A stretch of DNA of 63,546 nucleotides, counting the filler, from Octopus bimaculoides (lineage: Eukaryota), in the NCBI RefSeq assembly GCF_001194135.2. It is 6 parts of 6 records of this genome, joined end to end, with 100 filler letters (N's around TTAATTAATTAA, not from the genome) between each part and the next. Parts side by side here need not be neighbours in the genome. Positions count along the whole stretch, not along the records: positions 1 to 29,946 come from NC_068985.1; 5 more parts are not named here. One strand, 5' to 3'. Every line of letters begins with the position of its first letter. Positions within the stretch are counted from its first letter, which is position 1. The notes beneath the pieces were generated by a model, which saw only the letters and a program-made list of their open reading frames with translations, was not told the DNA's origin and did no database searches. A program made the translations under genes and the position numbers. Shown here piece after piece: positions 1-11,129 of this stretch.

Positions 1-40
1 ATATATATACATATATATATATATTATTATATGTATTTAT

Positions 41-327
41 TTCCTCCTAGTAATAAATAACACTGATAAAATAAATTAATTAATAGATACCAGGGTAGCA
101 AAGATCACAAAATAACTGTGGTGTAACTCCTGTTTATGAGGTAGAAACTCCTTGATATTCGGTTATAATGTCTTACGTTTAAGCTGGTTTTCATACATTT
201 CCCTGAGGAGAAGTTTGCATTTTTAACATCGCCGATTCCTATGGATCGCATAAATTGTAATTCTTCGAAACATATGTCGGAATAAAACTATGCAGTTATA
301 ATATGCGTTTACTCCATTCATTAAATT

Positions 328-330
<3 letters not shown>
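41..330 (+). mobile_element. Penelope-like element (pseudo-LTR) fragment carrying a hammerhead ribozyme
   Basis: A second copy lies at 40301-40610. It contains a complete type I hammerhead core, and hammerheads in pLTRs are an established Penelope-like feature. No ORF remains, so the class is inferred. Confidence 0.6.
199..282 (+). ncRNA. Type I hammerhead ribozyme motif
   Basis: TTCC(199-202) CTGAGGA(203-209) GAAG...CTTC(210-213/263-266) GAAA C ATAT G TC GGAA(279-282). Stems I and II pair, the core is CUGANGA/GAAA, stem III is the palindrome ACATATGT, and the predicted cleavage is GUC after 278. Confidence 0.8.
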
Positions 331-360
<30 letters not shown>

Positions 361-410
361 GTGTGTGTGTGTAGAGAGAGAGAGAGAGATGGCACATAAA
401 ATGCACCATT

Positions 411-616
411 TGAGAGTGGCATTCGCCAGTACCCCCTGATTGGCTCTTGTGTCGGTTGCATGTAAAAGGCACCCACTACACTCTTGGAGTGGTAGGCATT
501 AAGGGCATCCAGCTGTAGAAACTCTGCCAGATCAGATTGGAGCCTGGTACAGCCATCTGTCTTGCCAGTAGTCAGTCAAACCGTCCAACCCATACCAGCA
601 TGGAAAGCGGAAACCA
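411..616 (+). mobile_element. SINE-like repeat (family D, with GGTTGGCATTAGGAAGGGCATCCAGC motif; RTE-related)
   Basis: The same motif and 3' end (CCAACCCATGCCAGCATGGAAA) recur at about 47930-48165, 49580-49820, 50680-50880, 54565-54820 and 63270-63460. The RTE link is from memory of RTE 5'UTR-derived SINE bodies. Confidence 0.7.
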
Positions 617-823
617 TGATAGATCGCTGACTAAAAACCATTCAATTTTTTTTCTCCGTGTTTTTCTCCTTGTTTTCTCCGTATTCTTTCTGTTGCCAGT
701 AGTCAGTCAAACTGTCCAACCCATACCAGCATGGAAAGCAGAAGCCATGATAGATCGCTGACCAAACACCATTCAATTTTTTTTCTCTGTGTTTTTCTCC
801 TTGTTTTCTCCATATTCTTTCTG
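562..823. repeat. Direct tandem duplication, unit about 131 bp
   Basis: 562-692 is repeated at 693-823 with a few substitutions and spans the junction between a SINE 3' end and the next repeat. Confidence 0.9.
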
Positions 824-852
824 TCGAAGACCGTAGCTCGAAACGTTAGAGA
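816..852 (+). ncRNA. Degenerate minimal hammerhead-like motif (core CUGUCGA)
   Basis: TCTTT CTGTCGA A GACC GTA GCTC GAAAC GTT AGAGA. Stem I pairs with one G-U, stem III is the palindrome AACGTT, stem II has one mismatch, and core position 6 is non-canonical. Confidence 0.45.
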
Positions 853-1594
853 CTCTCTGTATTCCCGAGCGTCAAACTAACACCTCCTTTTTCTTGTTTA
901 TGCCACCTGTCCTCGTCTGTAGTTGTTTTTTTTCGTACATTCTCCCATATATATATATATATATANNNNNNNNNNNNNNNNNNNNNNNNNNNNNNNNNNN
1001 NNNNNNNNNNNNNNNNNNNNNNNNNNNNNNNNNNNNNNNNNNNNNNNNNNNNNNNNNNNNNNNNNNNNNNNNNNNNNNNNNNNNNNNNNNNNNNNNNNNN
1101 NNNNNNNNNNNNNNNNNNNNNNNNNNNNNNNNNNNNNNNNNNNNNNNNNNNNNNNNNNNNNNNNNNNNNNNNNNNNNNNNNNNNNNNNNNNNNNNNNNNN
1201 NNNNNNNNNNNNNNNNNNNNNNNNNNNNNNNNNNNNNNNNNNNNNNNNNNNNNNNNNNNNNNNNNNNNNNNNNNNNNNNNNNNNNNNNNNNNNNNNNNNN
1301 NNNNNNNNNNNNNNNNNNNNNNNNNNNNNNNNNNNNNNNNNNNNNNNNNNNNNNNNNNNNNNNNNNNNNNNNNNNNNNNNNNNNNNNNNNNNNNNNNNNN
1401 NNNNNNNNNNNNNNNNNNNNNNNNNNNNNNNNNNNNNNNNNNNNNNNNNNNNNNNNNNNNNNNNNNNNNNNNNNNNNNNNNNNNNNNNNNNNNNNNNNNN
1501 NNNNNNNNNNNNNNNNNNNNNNNNNNNNNNNNNNNNNNNNNATATATATATATATATATATACACATACACACATATATACACACATATATACA

Positions 1595-2789
1595 CTAGCA
1601 GTTAAGCCCGGTTTCACCCAGTCTGTTTGGATGATATGACTGATCCTTTTCGGTTAGGCATTATCTCTAACAGCGTTTCTCAACCTTATCATTTCGGGTC
1701 CCCTGTTTTGATTGGAGCCTCCAGCTGAATGAAAATTTGCTGATGCCCTCCCCCCCACCGTTGTCAGGAAACAGCTTCAGGAGTTGTGAAGAATGAATTT
1801 GTACCTAGTCTGTTTCTGAGAGCTATTCTATTGGACCTCTGTCTAATCATTAAAACATTGGGCAATCTTTTGATATGGGAACACATGACTGTTACTTTCA
1901 AACCACTTATAAACCCCATGTGTTTATTTACATTTTTGAAGATGATTGTAGGTTTCTGCGAAAAATATTTATGTTTTTAATATGGGGTTGGGGGAAAGGG
2001 GATCTTTTGAAGTTGCTGTGAAAGCGAAAGAGGCAGAGAGCGCGATTGTATGAGTGAAGTTCTTTTGAAGTTGGCGTGAAGCAGAAGAATTGATGTACGT
2101 GTTTGTGTAAGTGTGTGTGTGATGTGAATGTGAAAGACAGAATGTGTGGTGTGTATGTGAATTGCTTTTGTTAGTGTGTATGTGAAGAGACAGAGAGAGT
2201 AATATTGCTGGTGTGTGTGTGTGTGTATGTGAGAGAGAGAGATAACTGAAAGTTTTTATTCACTTTTTGTAGTGAGTGAATGTGTGAGTAATTGACAGAG
2301 AAAAAGTGTGAGAGAGAGGTTATGTATGTATGAATGGCTTCAGTGACACACACACACACAAACATGCACACAAGCAGATTGTTATGTATGTATCTATGTA
2401 TAGCCGAGAGAAAGTTAACTGAAATTTTTTTATTCACTTTTTGTAGTGAGTGACTTGACTGACAGAAAAAAGGAAAGAGTGGTTATGTATGTGTGTATGT
2501 ATGTATGGCTTTGGCTATGCTCCCCTTGTTGCTAGCAAAATGGTATATGCTGGCTGTGTGAGCAACTGGTTGTTTTATGGTGGAACAAACAGGAATTGCA
2601 TTAAAAAAGTTTTAATCGATTTTCTATGTAACTATGAGGGCTAGGGAAAAAATACAAACCGTATTCCAATCTATGCACCAGTCTCTACATGCGTGCCATT
2701 TTTCATGCGAATCCACCCAGCCGTTTGGCTGTGAACCTCAAGACAAGAAAGAATACAACGATTGCCCATGTCCAATTTTATATTATAGA
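1595..2789 (-). mobile_element. Non-autonomous Helitron, copy 1
   Basis: The minus strand starts TC (TCTATAATATA at 2789) and ends CTAG (1598-1595) followed by T. A short GC-rich imperfect palindrome lies about 10 nt before the CTAG. Both ends match copy 2. Confidence 0.8.
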
Positions 2790-3762
2790 CTAGCATATAA
2801 GCCTGGTTTCACCCGGTCTTTTTGGATGATGTGGCTGTGATCGTTTTTGGTTAGGCATAATCTATAACAGTGTTTCTCAACCTTATCATTTCGGGTTCCC
2901 TGATTCGATTGGAGCCTCCAGCTGTATGTAAATTTCCTGATTCTCCCCCACCCCTTGCCAGAAAACAGTTTCAGGAGTTGTGAAGAACGAATTTGTACGT
3001 AGTCTGTTTCTGAGAGCTATTCTATTGGACCTCTGTCTAATCATGAAAACATTGATTTAATTATCAACATAGAAAGAAACTATACATTAATCCCTATTTT
3101 TGTAAGCAGTTGTATCCGTAAAAATTTTATTTGCAGAGAGCAGAAATTTAAAGAAGATATATGAAATGGATGTGTCCGTGTGTGTGTGTGTGCGTGCGTG
3201 CTCACCGTATAAAATTTTTACAATAGTTGATTTAAGGAAAAGATTATGTTAAATTTTTGAAATGCAAATATGTGAGTGAAAATTAAGTTCAGACCTCTAC
3301 ATGGTAGCTCGACCTGGTAGAAATAGCAGCCAAATCTCCCTTAAAACACCCTAGTGTCTTAATCCGACAATTCTGCCTATTATGTAGTTTGAATGAGAAA
3401 CTGTTACTAAAGATTAAGATTATTAACCCCACAAAGAGGTAAAAGAGGAGAGACAGCATAGCAAAAGTTTTGGCTGACTGTCATCCTATACTCCCCTTGT
3501 TGTTAGCGAGATGGTATATACCAGCTGTGTGAGCAACTGGTTGTTTTAATGGCGAAACAGAGAGGAGAATTCCATTAGAAAAAGTTTTAATCGATTTTCT
3601 CATTAACTATGGGGGCTAGGAAAAAATACAAACCCCATTCCAGTCTATGCACCCGTCTCCACAAATGTGCCATTTTTCACATGAATCCACCCAGCCATTT
3701 GGCTGTGAACCTCAAGAGAAGAAAGAATACAACGATTGCCCATGTCCAATTTATATTATAGA
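2790..3762 (-). mobile_element. Non-autonomous Helitron, copy 2
   Basis: The minus strand has A then TCTATAATATAAATTGG at 3763/3762 and ends CTAG at 2793-2790. Its terminal about 270-290 bp at each end align with copy 1, while the interiors differ. Confidence 0.8.
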
Positions 3763-4397
3763 TATATACATATATAGATATGTATATATGCATATATATG
3801 TACATATATATACACATATACAAATATATACATATATAGATATNNNNNNNNNNNNTATATGTAGATATTACGGAGATGTAATTGCATAGCAAGTGACTTG
3901 ATCTGAGATCGTGTGCTGAAACAAAAACAATTGCAGAGTGGAAGGTGTTTATAACAAAAACCGTTAGATTCACTTCAATATTTAAATTTAATTTGCCAAA
4001 ATATGTTTGTCGCTTTGACATTGTAACTTGATCACTGACAAAATTCAGCACAGAATTTTGTCAACGATCAGGTCGTGGTCTCAAAGCGACGAAAATATTT
4101 TGGGAAATTATATTTAACTGTTAGTGAATCTAATGTTTTTTGGTTGTTTTTAAATCTATACATATAAATTTAACATGGGTGATTCTTTCTTGTCTTGGGA
4201 TTCCCGGTCAAACGACTGGCTGGAATTGCATGTAAAATTACACAGGCTGTTTGGGTCAAATGTTTCTTTTGGCTGTCTCCAATACAAGCTTTCGATGATT
4301 TTATAGATATTTGAAAATTATGATGCTATGTTGCCTGGTGTTTCCATTATTTTGTCCAACCCCTATATATATGTATGTCTATATATGTGTGTATATG

Positions 4398-4448
<51 letters not shown>

Positions 4449-4449
4449 A

Positions 4450-4492
<43 letters not shown>

Positions 4493-4660
4493 GTATATCT
4501 ATATATAAATATATATGTATGTATATATCTATGTAACATATATATATATGTACGTATATACGAATATGTAATATATATATATGTATATATAATGTCTATG
4601 TCTATACCTTCTCCAAAGGAGTGCTATCTATATACCTATTGCTTAACCATTTCTCACACT

Positions 4661-4708
4661 GTCTCTGATGAAGGGATATAATAAATATCCTGGAAACAGC
4701 TGTAAGAC
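4661..4708 (+). ncRNA. Minimal type I hammerhead ribozyme motif (Penelope-type)
   Basis: GTCT CTGATGA A GGGATAT AATAA ATATCCTG GAAA CAGCTG TA AGAC. Stem I is GTCT/AGAC, stem III is the palindrome ACAGCTGT, and the predicted cleavage is GUA after 4704. The base of stem II is imperfect. Confidence 0.65.
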
Positions 4709-5238
4709 CTATTTATAAATGTTCTAAAATGTTCACAGCCTTGTTTTTTTTATCTCATTCTGGAGAAAAATTTCTTTTTATATATTCCTGTGTTGGACTC
4801 TTTATTTGCATAATCACTGAACCTGGAGCTTAACTATGGTCTATCCATAGCACTTACTCAGCATTACCTGACACCTTTGGGTCTTACTGTGACACCATTA
4901 CCTCTCATAATCTGTAGAAATATATATGTATATGTGTCTATATATGTGTATCTTATCTATAAAAGGCAGATTTTTTGTGTGTATGCACGCGTGTGTGTGC
5001 GTATGTGTATCTTTATCGGTTTGTATTGCTCCATTACCACTTTATACCGGTGTTGGTGTGTTTACGTCCCCTTAACTCAACGATTCGGCAAAAGTGACCG
5101 ATTGAATATATAGAAGTGTATATACAAATATATACGCATATATGTATAGTGGGGGCGCTTTCAGTATTTCTTAATCGAAAATAATGCAAGGTATAAAAAG
5201 TTAATAATACATGTGTATAGTGAGTGCTGTTACTTGGT

Positions 5239-5277
5239 ATTTCGATATTTCGGGCTTAGCACTCTCATTCAGGAAAT
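5239..5277 (-). ncRNA. Minimal hammerhead-like motif with one-nt core insertion (CUGAAUGA)
   Basis: The minus strand reads ATTTC CTGAATGA GAGT GCTAA GCCC GAAA TA TC GAAAT. Stem I is 5 bp, stem II is short with one mismatch, and the cleavage triplet is AUC. Confidence 0.5.
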
Positions 5278-5509
5278 TAGTACTAACCGTCAATTTGTAT
5301 TATTAATATTTTCTAAGTCACATCATTTGGCTTCAAAAACATATCTAAATCATTAATATATAAGAGAGAAATTTGAAGTACCTAAACACAAGCCTTAATT
5401 TCATGTCTTCTCTCGCTCCTATTTGTATGTCAATGAGTGTGGTCCAAGCTATTCCATATAATACGCTGTATATGAACATTTATACACCAGTCTTTAAAGC
5501 AATTTTAGT

Positions 5510-5899
5510 TATTGTTCTTGGCACTCCGTCGCTTACGACGTCGAGGGTTCCAGTTGATCCGATCAACGGACCATCCTACTCATGAAATTAACGTGCAAAT
5601 GGCTGAGCACTCCACAGACACGTGTACCTTTAACGTAGTTCTCGGGGATATTCAGCGTGACACAGTGTGAAAAGGTTGACCCTTTGAATTACAGGCACAA
5701 CAGAAACAGGAAATAAGAGTGAGAGATACTTGTGGTGGAAGAGTACAGCAGGGTTCGCCACCATCCGCCGCCGGAGTCTTGTGGAGCCTTAGGTGTTTTC
5801 GCTCAATAAACACTCACAACACCCGGGTCTGGGAATCGAAACCGCGATTCTATGACCGCGAGTCCACTGCCCTAACCACTGAGTCATTGCGCCTCCACT
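5510..5899 (-). mobile_element. Full-length tRNA-derived SINE (family A)
   Basis: tRNA-like head GTGGAGGCGCAATG... with A- and B-box-like motifs. The 13-bp TSD AAGCAATTTTAGT lies at 5497-5509 and 5900-5912. Highly similar to 14581, 27564 and 59230. Confidence 0.92.
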
Positions 5900-6187
5900 A
5901 AGCAATTTTAGTAAAACAACCCAATCTGCGTGTCAGCCTCCTGCGCAGAACAGCCCGGCACAGCTACGTTACTTGCGTTTACTATACTTTCTACGGTCGC
6001 CATTTTAAATAGTAATTCATAGCAACGGTTTTATGAAAATTAATTTCTAACGAAATGAAATTTAATATTTTTCCATAGAATTTGTAAATGTCATGCCAAA
6101 TAAAAGCCAATAATTTAAAATAATAAATAATTAATAGCAAATAATAATAATTGTTATTATTATAATCATTGTAGAAGCAGCAGCAGA

Positions 6188-6196
<9 letters not shown>

Positions 6197-6254
<58 letters not shown>

Positions 6255-6322
6255 ATGTTGATGATGATGATCATCATCATAATGGTGGTGGTCGAAATAT
6301 GACCACCGCTAGCAACAACACC

Positions 6323-6373
<51 letters not shown>

Positions 6374-6420
6374 TGAACTAATGATGGTGTGTTGGTGGTG
6401 GTGGTGGTGGTGGTAGTGGT
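6197..6420. repeat. Compound trinucleotide microsatellite (TAG)n/(GAT)n/(AAT)n/(GGT)n
   Basis: Read directly from the sequence. Confidence 0.95.
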
Positions 6421-6602
6421 TATGATGAGGATGATGATGATAAATTTAAAGAACCGAAAATAAGTGATGATTAGATCTGTTAAAAGCGAAATTTATAGCT
6501 TGTGTGTTGTGATGACAATGTTTCTGTTGATTCTATTGCATGTGCGCATACGTTCAGGGAGAGAAAGAGAGAGAAAGAGATGAAAGAGAGAAAAATAGAT
6601 GG

Positions 6603-6606
6603 AAGA

Positions 6607-6691
<85 letters not shown>
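6603..6691. repeat. (GA)n microsatellite
   Basis: Read directly from the sequence. Confidence 0.98.
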
Positions 6692-6693
<2 letters not shown>

Positions 6694-7296
6694 GGAGAGC
6701 AAACAAACAAAATGGAGGAATACCTAAAATAAGACTTCATAATGTTACGTCATCATCTGAACCTTGGATATCGCTCTGAGAACAGATTCTTCCCACCGTT
6801 CTCGAGGATCCTTAAAAGGGTCATTTGCCATTGAAAATAAAGGATATCAAGATCAAGAAATCGATGACGTTTCTTTTGTTGTTGTTGTTGTTGTTGTTTA
6901 GCCGCAGTCTCCGATTCTGCCACTCTCTTTGTGACTTGTGCTCACACCACGTCTTGCCTCTCTCTAGCATCTATTTTTCATACAGTTTCCAATGTAGTAC
7001 TTTCGCTACATGGTCGTGTCTTGTGAATAGAATATTACTAGCCTTGTGCAAAAATTTGAAACCATTATAAAACAGAAAGCTCGCAGAACTGCCTTCATAC
7101 CGGGCAAAGTGCATAGCAGTATTTCTTCTGGATCTCTATGTTCTGGGTTCAAATGTCACATAGGTCAACGTTGCCTTTTATCCCTTCGAGGTTGATCAAA
7201 TAGTATACTAGTGAACTTCTGACTTCAATATAATTGAATTAACGCTTCAATAAAAATTGCTGGCTTTGTGAAAAAGATTGAAACCATTCTAAGACA

Positions 7297-7722
7297 GTGA
7301 GCTAGAAGAGACACCAGCACTTTAGATACAATGCGTACAGACGTTTCTTTCGACTCAACGTTTTGAGTTCAAATTCCGTCGAGATCAATTTGCTTTTCAT
7401 CCTTTCTGGATCAATAAAATAAACTACTAGTTATGAGCTTCAGTTGATGTAATCGTCTAGCTCCGTCATTCAAAATTTCAAACATTGTGTCTATAGTAGA
7501 GATAATCCTTTCTATTATAGGCACAATGCCTGAAATTTTTCGGGGAAGGAGACTAGTCGATTACATCAACTCCAATGCTCAACTGGTACTTAATTCAATC
7601 GACCCTGAAAGGATGAATGGTAAAGGCGACCTCTGCAGAATTTGAACTCAGAACATAAAGACGGACGCTAAGCATTTTACCCCGGGGGGGGTGGGGGCTA
7701 ATGATTCCACCAGCTCGCCACC
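7297..7722. mobile_element. Two family-B SINEs joined tail-to-tail (about 7297-7506 plus, about 7507-7722 minus)
   Basis: Family B signature GAGTTCAAATTCCGCCGAGGTCGACTTTGCCTTTCATCCTTTCGGGGTCGATAAA appears on opposite strands. From memory, the central part resembles the Meta/MESC SINE domain. Confidence 0.75.
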
Positions 7723-8563
7723 TTCGTTAATTATGATTTGGTGTTCTTATTCACAAGACCCACTTTATTCGCTTGTCCTTATTTTTACTATTGCTTTTCT
7801 TGTTATCGCTCTTGTCTAATTTGTTGCCATTGTTATGCACTTTCTCCATTGTATTTCTCGGTGGACAGGGTGGGTGGTTTCAAATTACAGTTTTGTTCAA
7901 TATTTTTTATTTATTCATTCATTCAGTCATTTATTTATTATTTGACGTTCGTTAATGCAAATTTCCATATCATCGTTGCTGTTATTATTGTTACTAATCT
8001 TAACATTTGTTGATGTTGTTCTTATTGCGACTGTTTTCATCTCACTTTCTCTGGCATTTCTTTTTACTGGTGTTCTAAGCAACGTTTCTCTTCTTCAGCA
8101 ACGTATTTTTCTTGAAATGTGTCTCCATTTCTTTATTCTTTTATACTTCTTTGTGTATTTGTTTATTTTAGGTTTTTCTTGAGGGTGTTGTATGTTTGTT
8201 GCTGAAACATTTTTAAGACTTTTAATGTGGTTCCTGTATTTGTTGCTGTTGTTGTTTGTTTCGTTTGATTGCTTGTTGTTATTGTTTAATCTCCTGTCTT
8301 AATTCTAGATTGCAATTGTCTAGCTTAATCTCCACTTCATTCTTTTCCCCCCATCTCTTTCTCCCTCCTCTCTCTCTCCCTCCCTCTCTCTTTCTCTCTA
8401 TCTCTCACTAAAACTCTTTCATATCTTCCCCCTCTTTCTAACTATACGTGTAAGTATATGTTTATAGGTTTTGTTCTCGGTACATGTATATCTATATATA
8501 TGTATATATATATATATATATATATACATATAGACGTGTGTGTGTTCATCNNNNNNNNNNTAT

Positions 8564-8616
<53 letters not shown>

Positions 8617-9970
8617 TATATAGCTAGATAGATATACATACATACATATGTATATATGTATGTATATCTATATACATACATATATATATTTGTATGTAAG
8701 TACATATAAAGTTGTATGTGTACACATACATATATATATGTGTGTGTGTATGTATGTAGGTCTGTATATACATAGTCCTAAACATATGACTATATATGCG
8801 AATATGTATATATTCATCTATAGACAGATACATAAACACGTACCTGTACACACACATAAATATACATATATGTGTATGCGTGCGTGTGTACGCATGCGCA
8901 CGCGTGTGTGTGTGTGTGTACGTGTGTGTATGTATGTCTGTGTCTATATACGTATAGGCAGTCTGCGATTCATTTGCCTGTGTGTATAGATGTGTATTCC
9001 ATAGAGAAAGAACGGCGAAATATATTCGCATCTTATTAACTTGTTCCTATGAGAAAAAAAGCTGACACGTACGGCTTCTAAGCAGGAAAAGTAAAACCTG
9101 GATAGTATGAAATAGAAAGTATATGTTTGCGAGCACGAAACGGTCTTGGATAAAGCAATCAAAAGCTTTCAAACAAGCACAGAGCACAAAATTCGAAATT
9201 TGCATACATGCATATATGTCTGCTTGTATATATANNNNNNNNNNNNNNNNNNNNNNNNNNNNNNNNNNNNNNNNNNNNNNNNNNNNNNNNNNNNNNNNNN
9301 NNNNNNNNNNNNNNNNNNNNNNNNNNNNNNNNNNNNNNNNNNNNNNNNNNNNNNNNNNNNNNNNNNNNNNNNNNNNNNNNNNNNNNNNNNNNNNNNNNNN
9401 NNNNNNNNNNNNNNNNNNNNNNNNNNNNNNNNNNNNNNNNNNNNNNNNNNNNNNNNNNNNNNNNNNNNNNNNNNNNNNNNNNNNNNNNNNNNNNNNNNNN
9501 NNNNNNNNNNNNNNNNNNNNNNNNNNNNNNNNNNNNNNNNNNNNNNNNNNNNNNNNNNNNNNNNNNNNNNNNNNNNNNATATTTTCATATATATATATAT
9601 ATATATTCACATATATATCTAATATAATAAAATTAGTTTGTGTGCTTGTGCGTGCGTGCATGCGTACGTATGTTCCGCATGGTATCGAAAACGAGGTTGG
9701 TTCGCACAATTTCGACAACTGTAGCTAAGGGAACCAACTCTGCCTGAACAATCTTTAAATACATGGAACTTTACCAGGGAATGAATCTTCGAAGATATAT
9801 CGTCAGTTTTATTAGTAATATTTAGTGAATAATCTTTTAATGTGAAGTATACATATCTGTGTATATATATATACATACACACACACACACACGCACATGT
9901 TTTTATGTATGCATATATCTGTGTGTGTGAGCGAGTGTACGCATATGAGCATATATATTCACACACACAT

Positions 9971-10009
<39 letters not shown>

Positions 10010-10019
10010 NNNNNNNNNN

Positions 10020-10059
<40 letters not shown>

Positions 10060-10801
10060 TTTTTTATGTATGCGTATCAAAGAGTGTACGTGTGTTTATA
10101 TATTTGGACATTTTTACGTGTGTCTGTATAATATACCAACACATGTATATAGAGAGAGATATATATGTGTGTGTGTATGTGTCTATGTATGTATTTGTAT
10201 GTATGTCTGTACGAATAATTTGTGACGATGGAACATTGTGGTCCTTACATGATATTTGGCAGGCAACCATCTATGCGTTTCGATTTCGGATTTGGCCAAG
10301 ATTGTACTTCCTGTATGTAATTCTAAGATGAAGTTCCAAAGTTTAGTCCGAGGTTAAAAGTTCAAATGTCTTACTAGGTCACTAGTACAGATCAAATTGC
10401 TTCATATTGAGGCATGTTTATCCGTTTTGTTTTTAATATTTATCAATATTTCTGTTATTGGTGATTTATAATAAGTCGTATTATAGTAGTTTTTCCAGTA
10501 TTATCATCATCAACGTAATAATCAATTAGCCATTTTCAAGCTTTTGTATATATGCAGACACATACAAAGACATACACATATGCATACAAACATGTATGCA
10601 TATCTCTATGCCGTGCCATACCACGAGCCCTTAATTCTTGAGAGAATTATAGAAGCATCATAGTGACTTACGAAGTTCCTTGTCGATTGTTAGAACTGGT
10701 GGTGATAACGTCTTTCGATGATGGACCACAGACGCATTTATATAAAATAAGATTTGCATTTTAACATAAGAGGTAAATATTTCTTATTATATACCTCTTT
10801 G

Positions 10802-10836
<35 letters not shown>

Positions 10837-11129
10837 TCATACATATACGTGTATTCATACATTCATACATACACACGTCCATACATACATGCATTGTGTG
10901 TGTGTGTGTGTGTGAAAATGAATATACAAAAATCATGTTTTTACATAAAAATGTCACCATGTGTCGGTTTTTCTGTCAAAATATTAGGGTACGTTTAACA
11001 CAAGGCGCGCTCTACACAGGAAAATGGAGAAACAATGACATTTTATTAAATGGTTTATCGGTTATTCCAACTTATTTGTTTCAAATATGTTGTAGAATGC
11101 ATTTTTCGTCCTTCTGATACAAGAACCAC

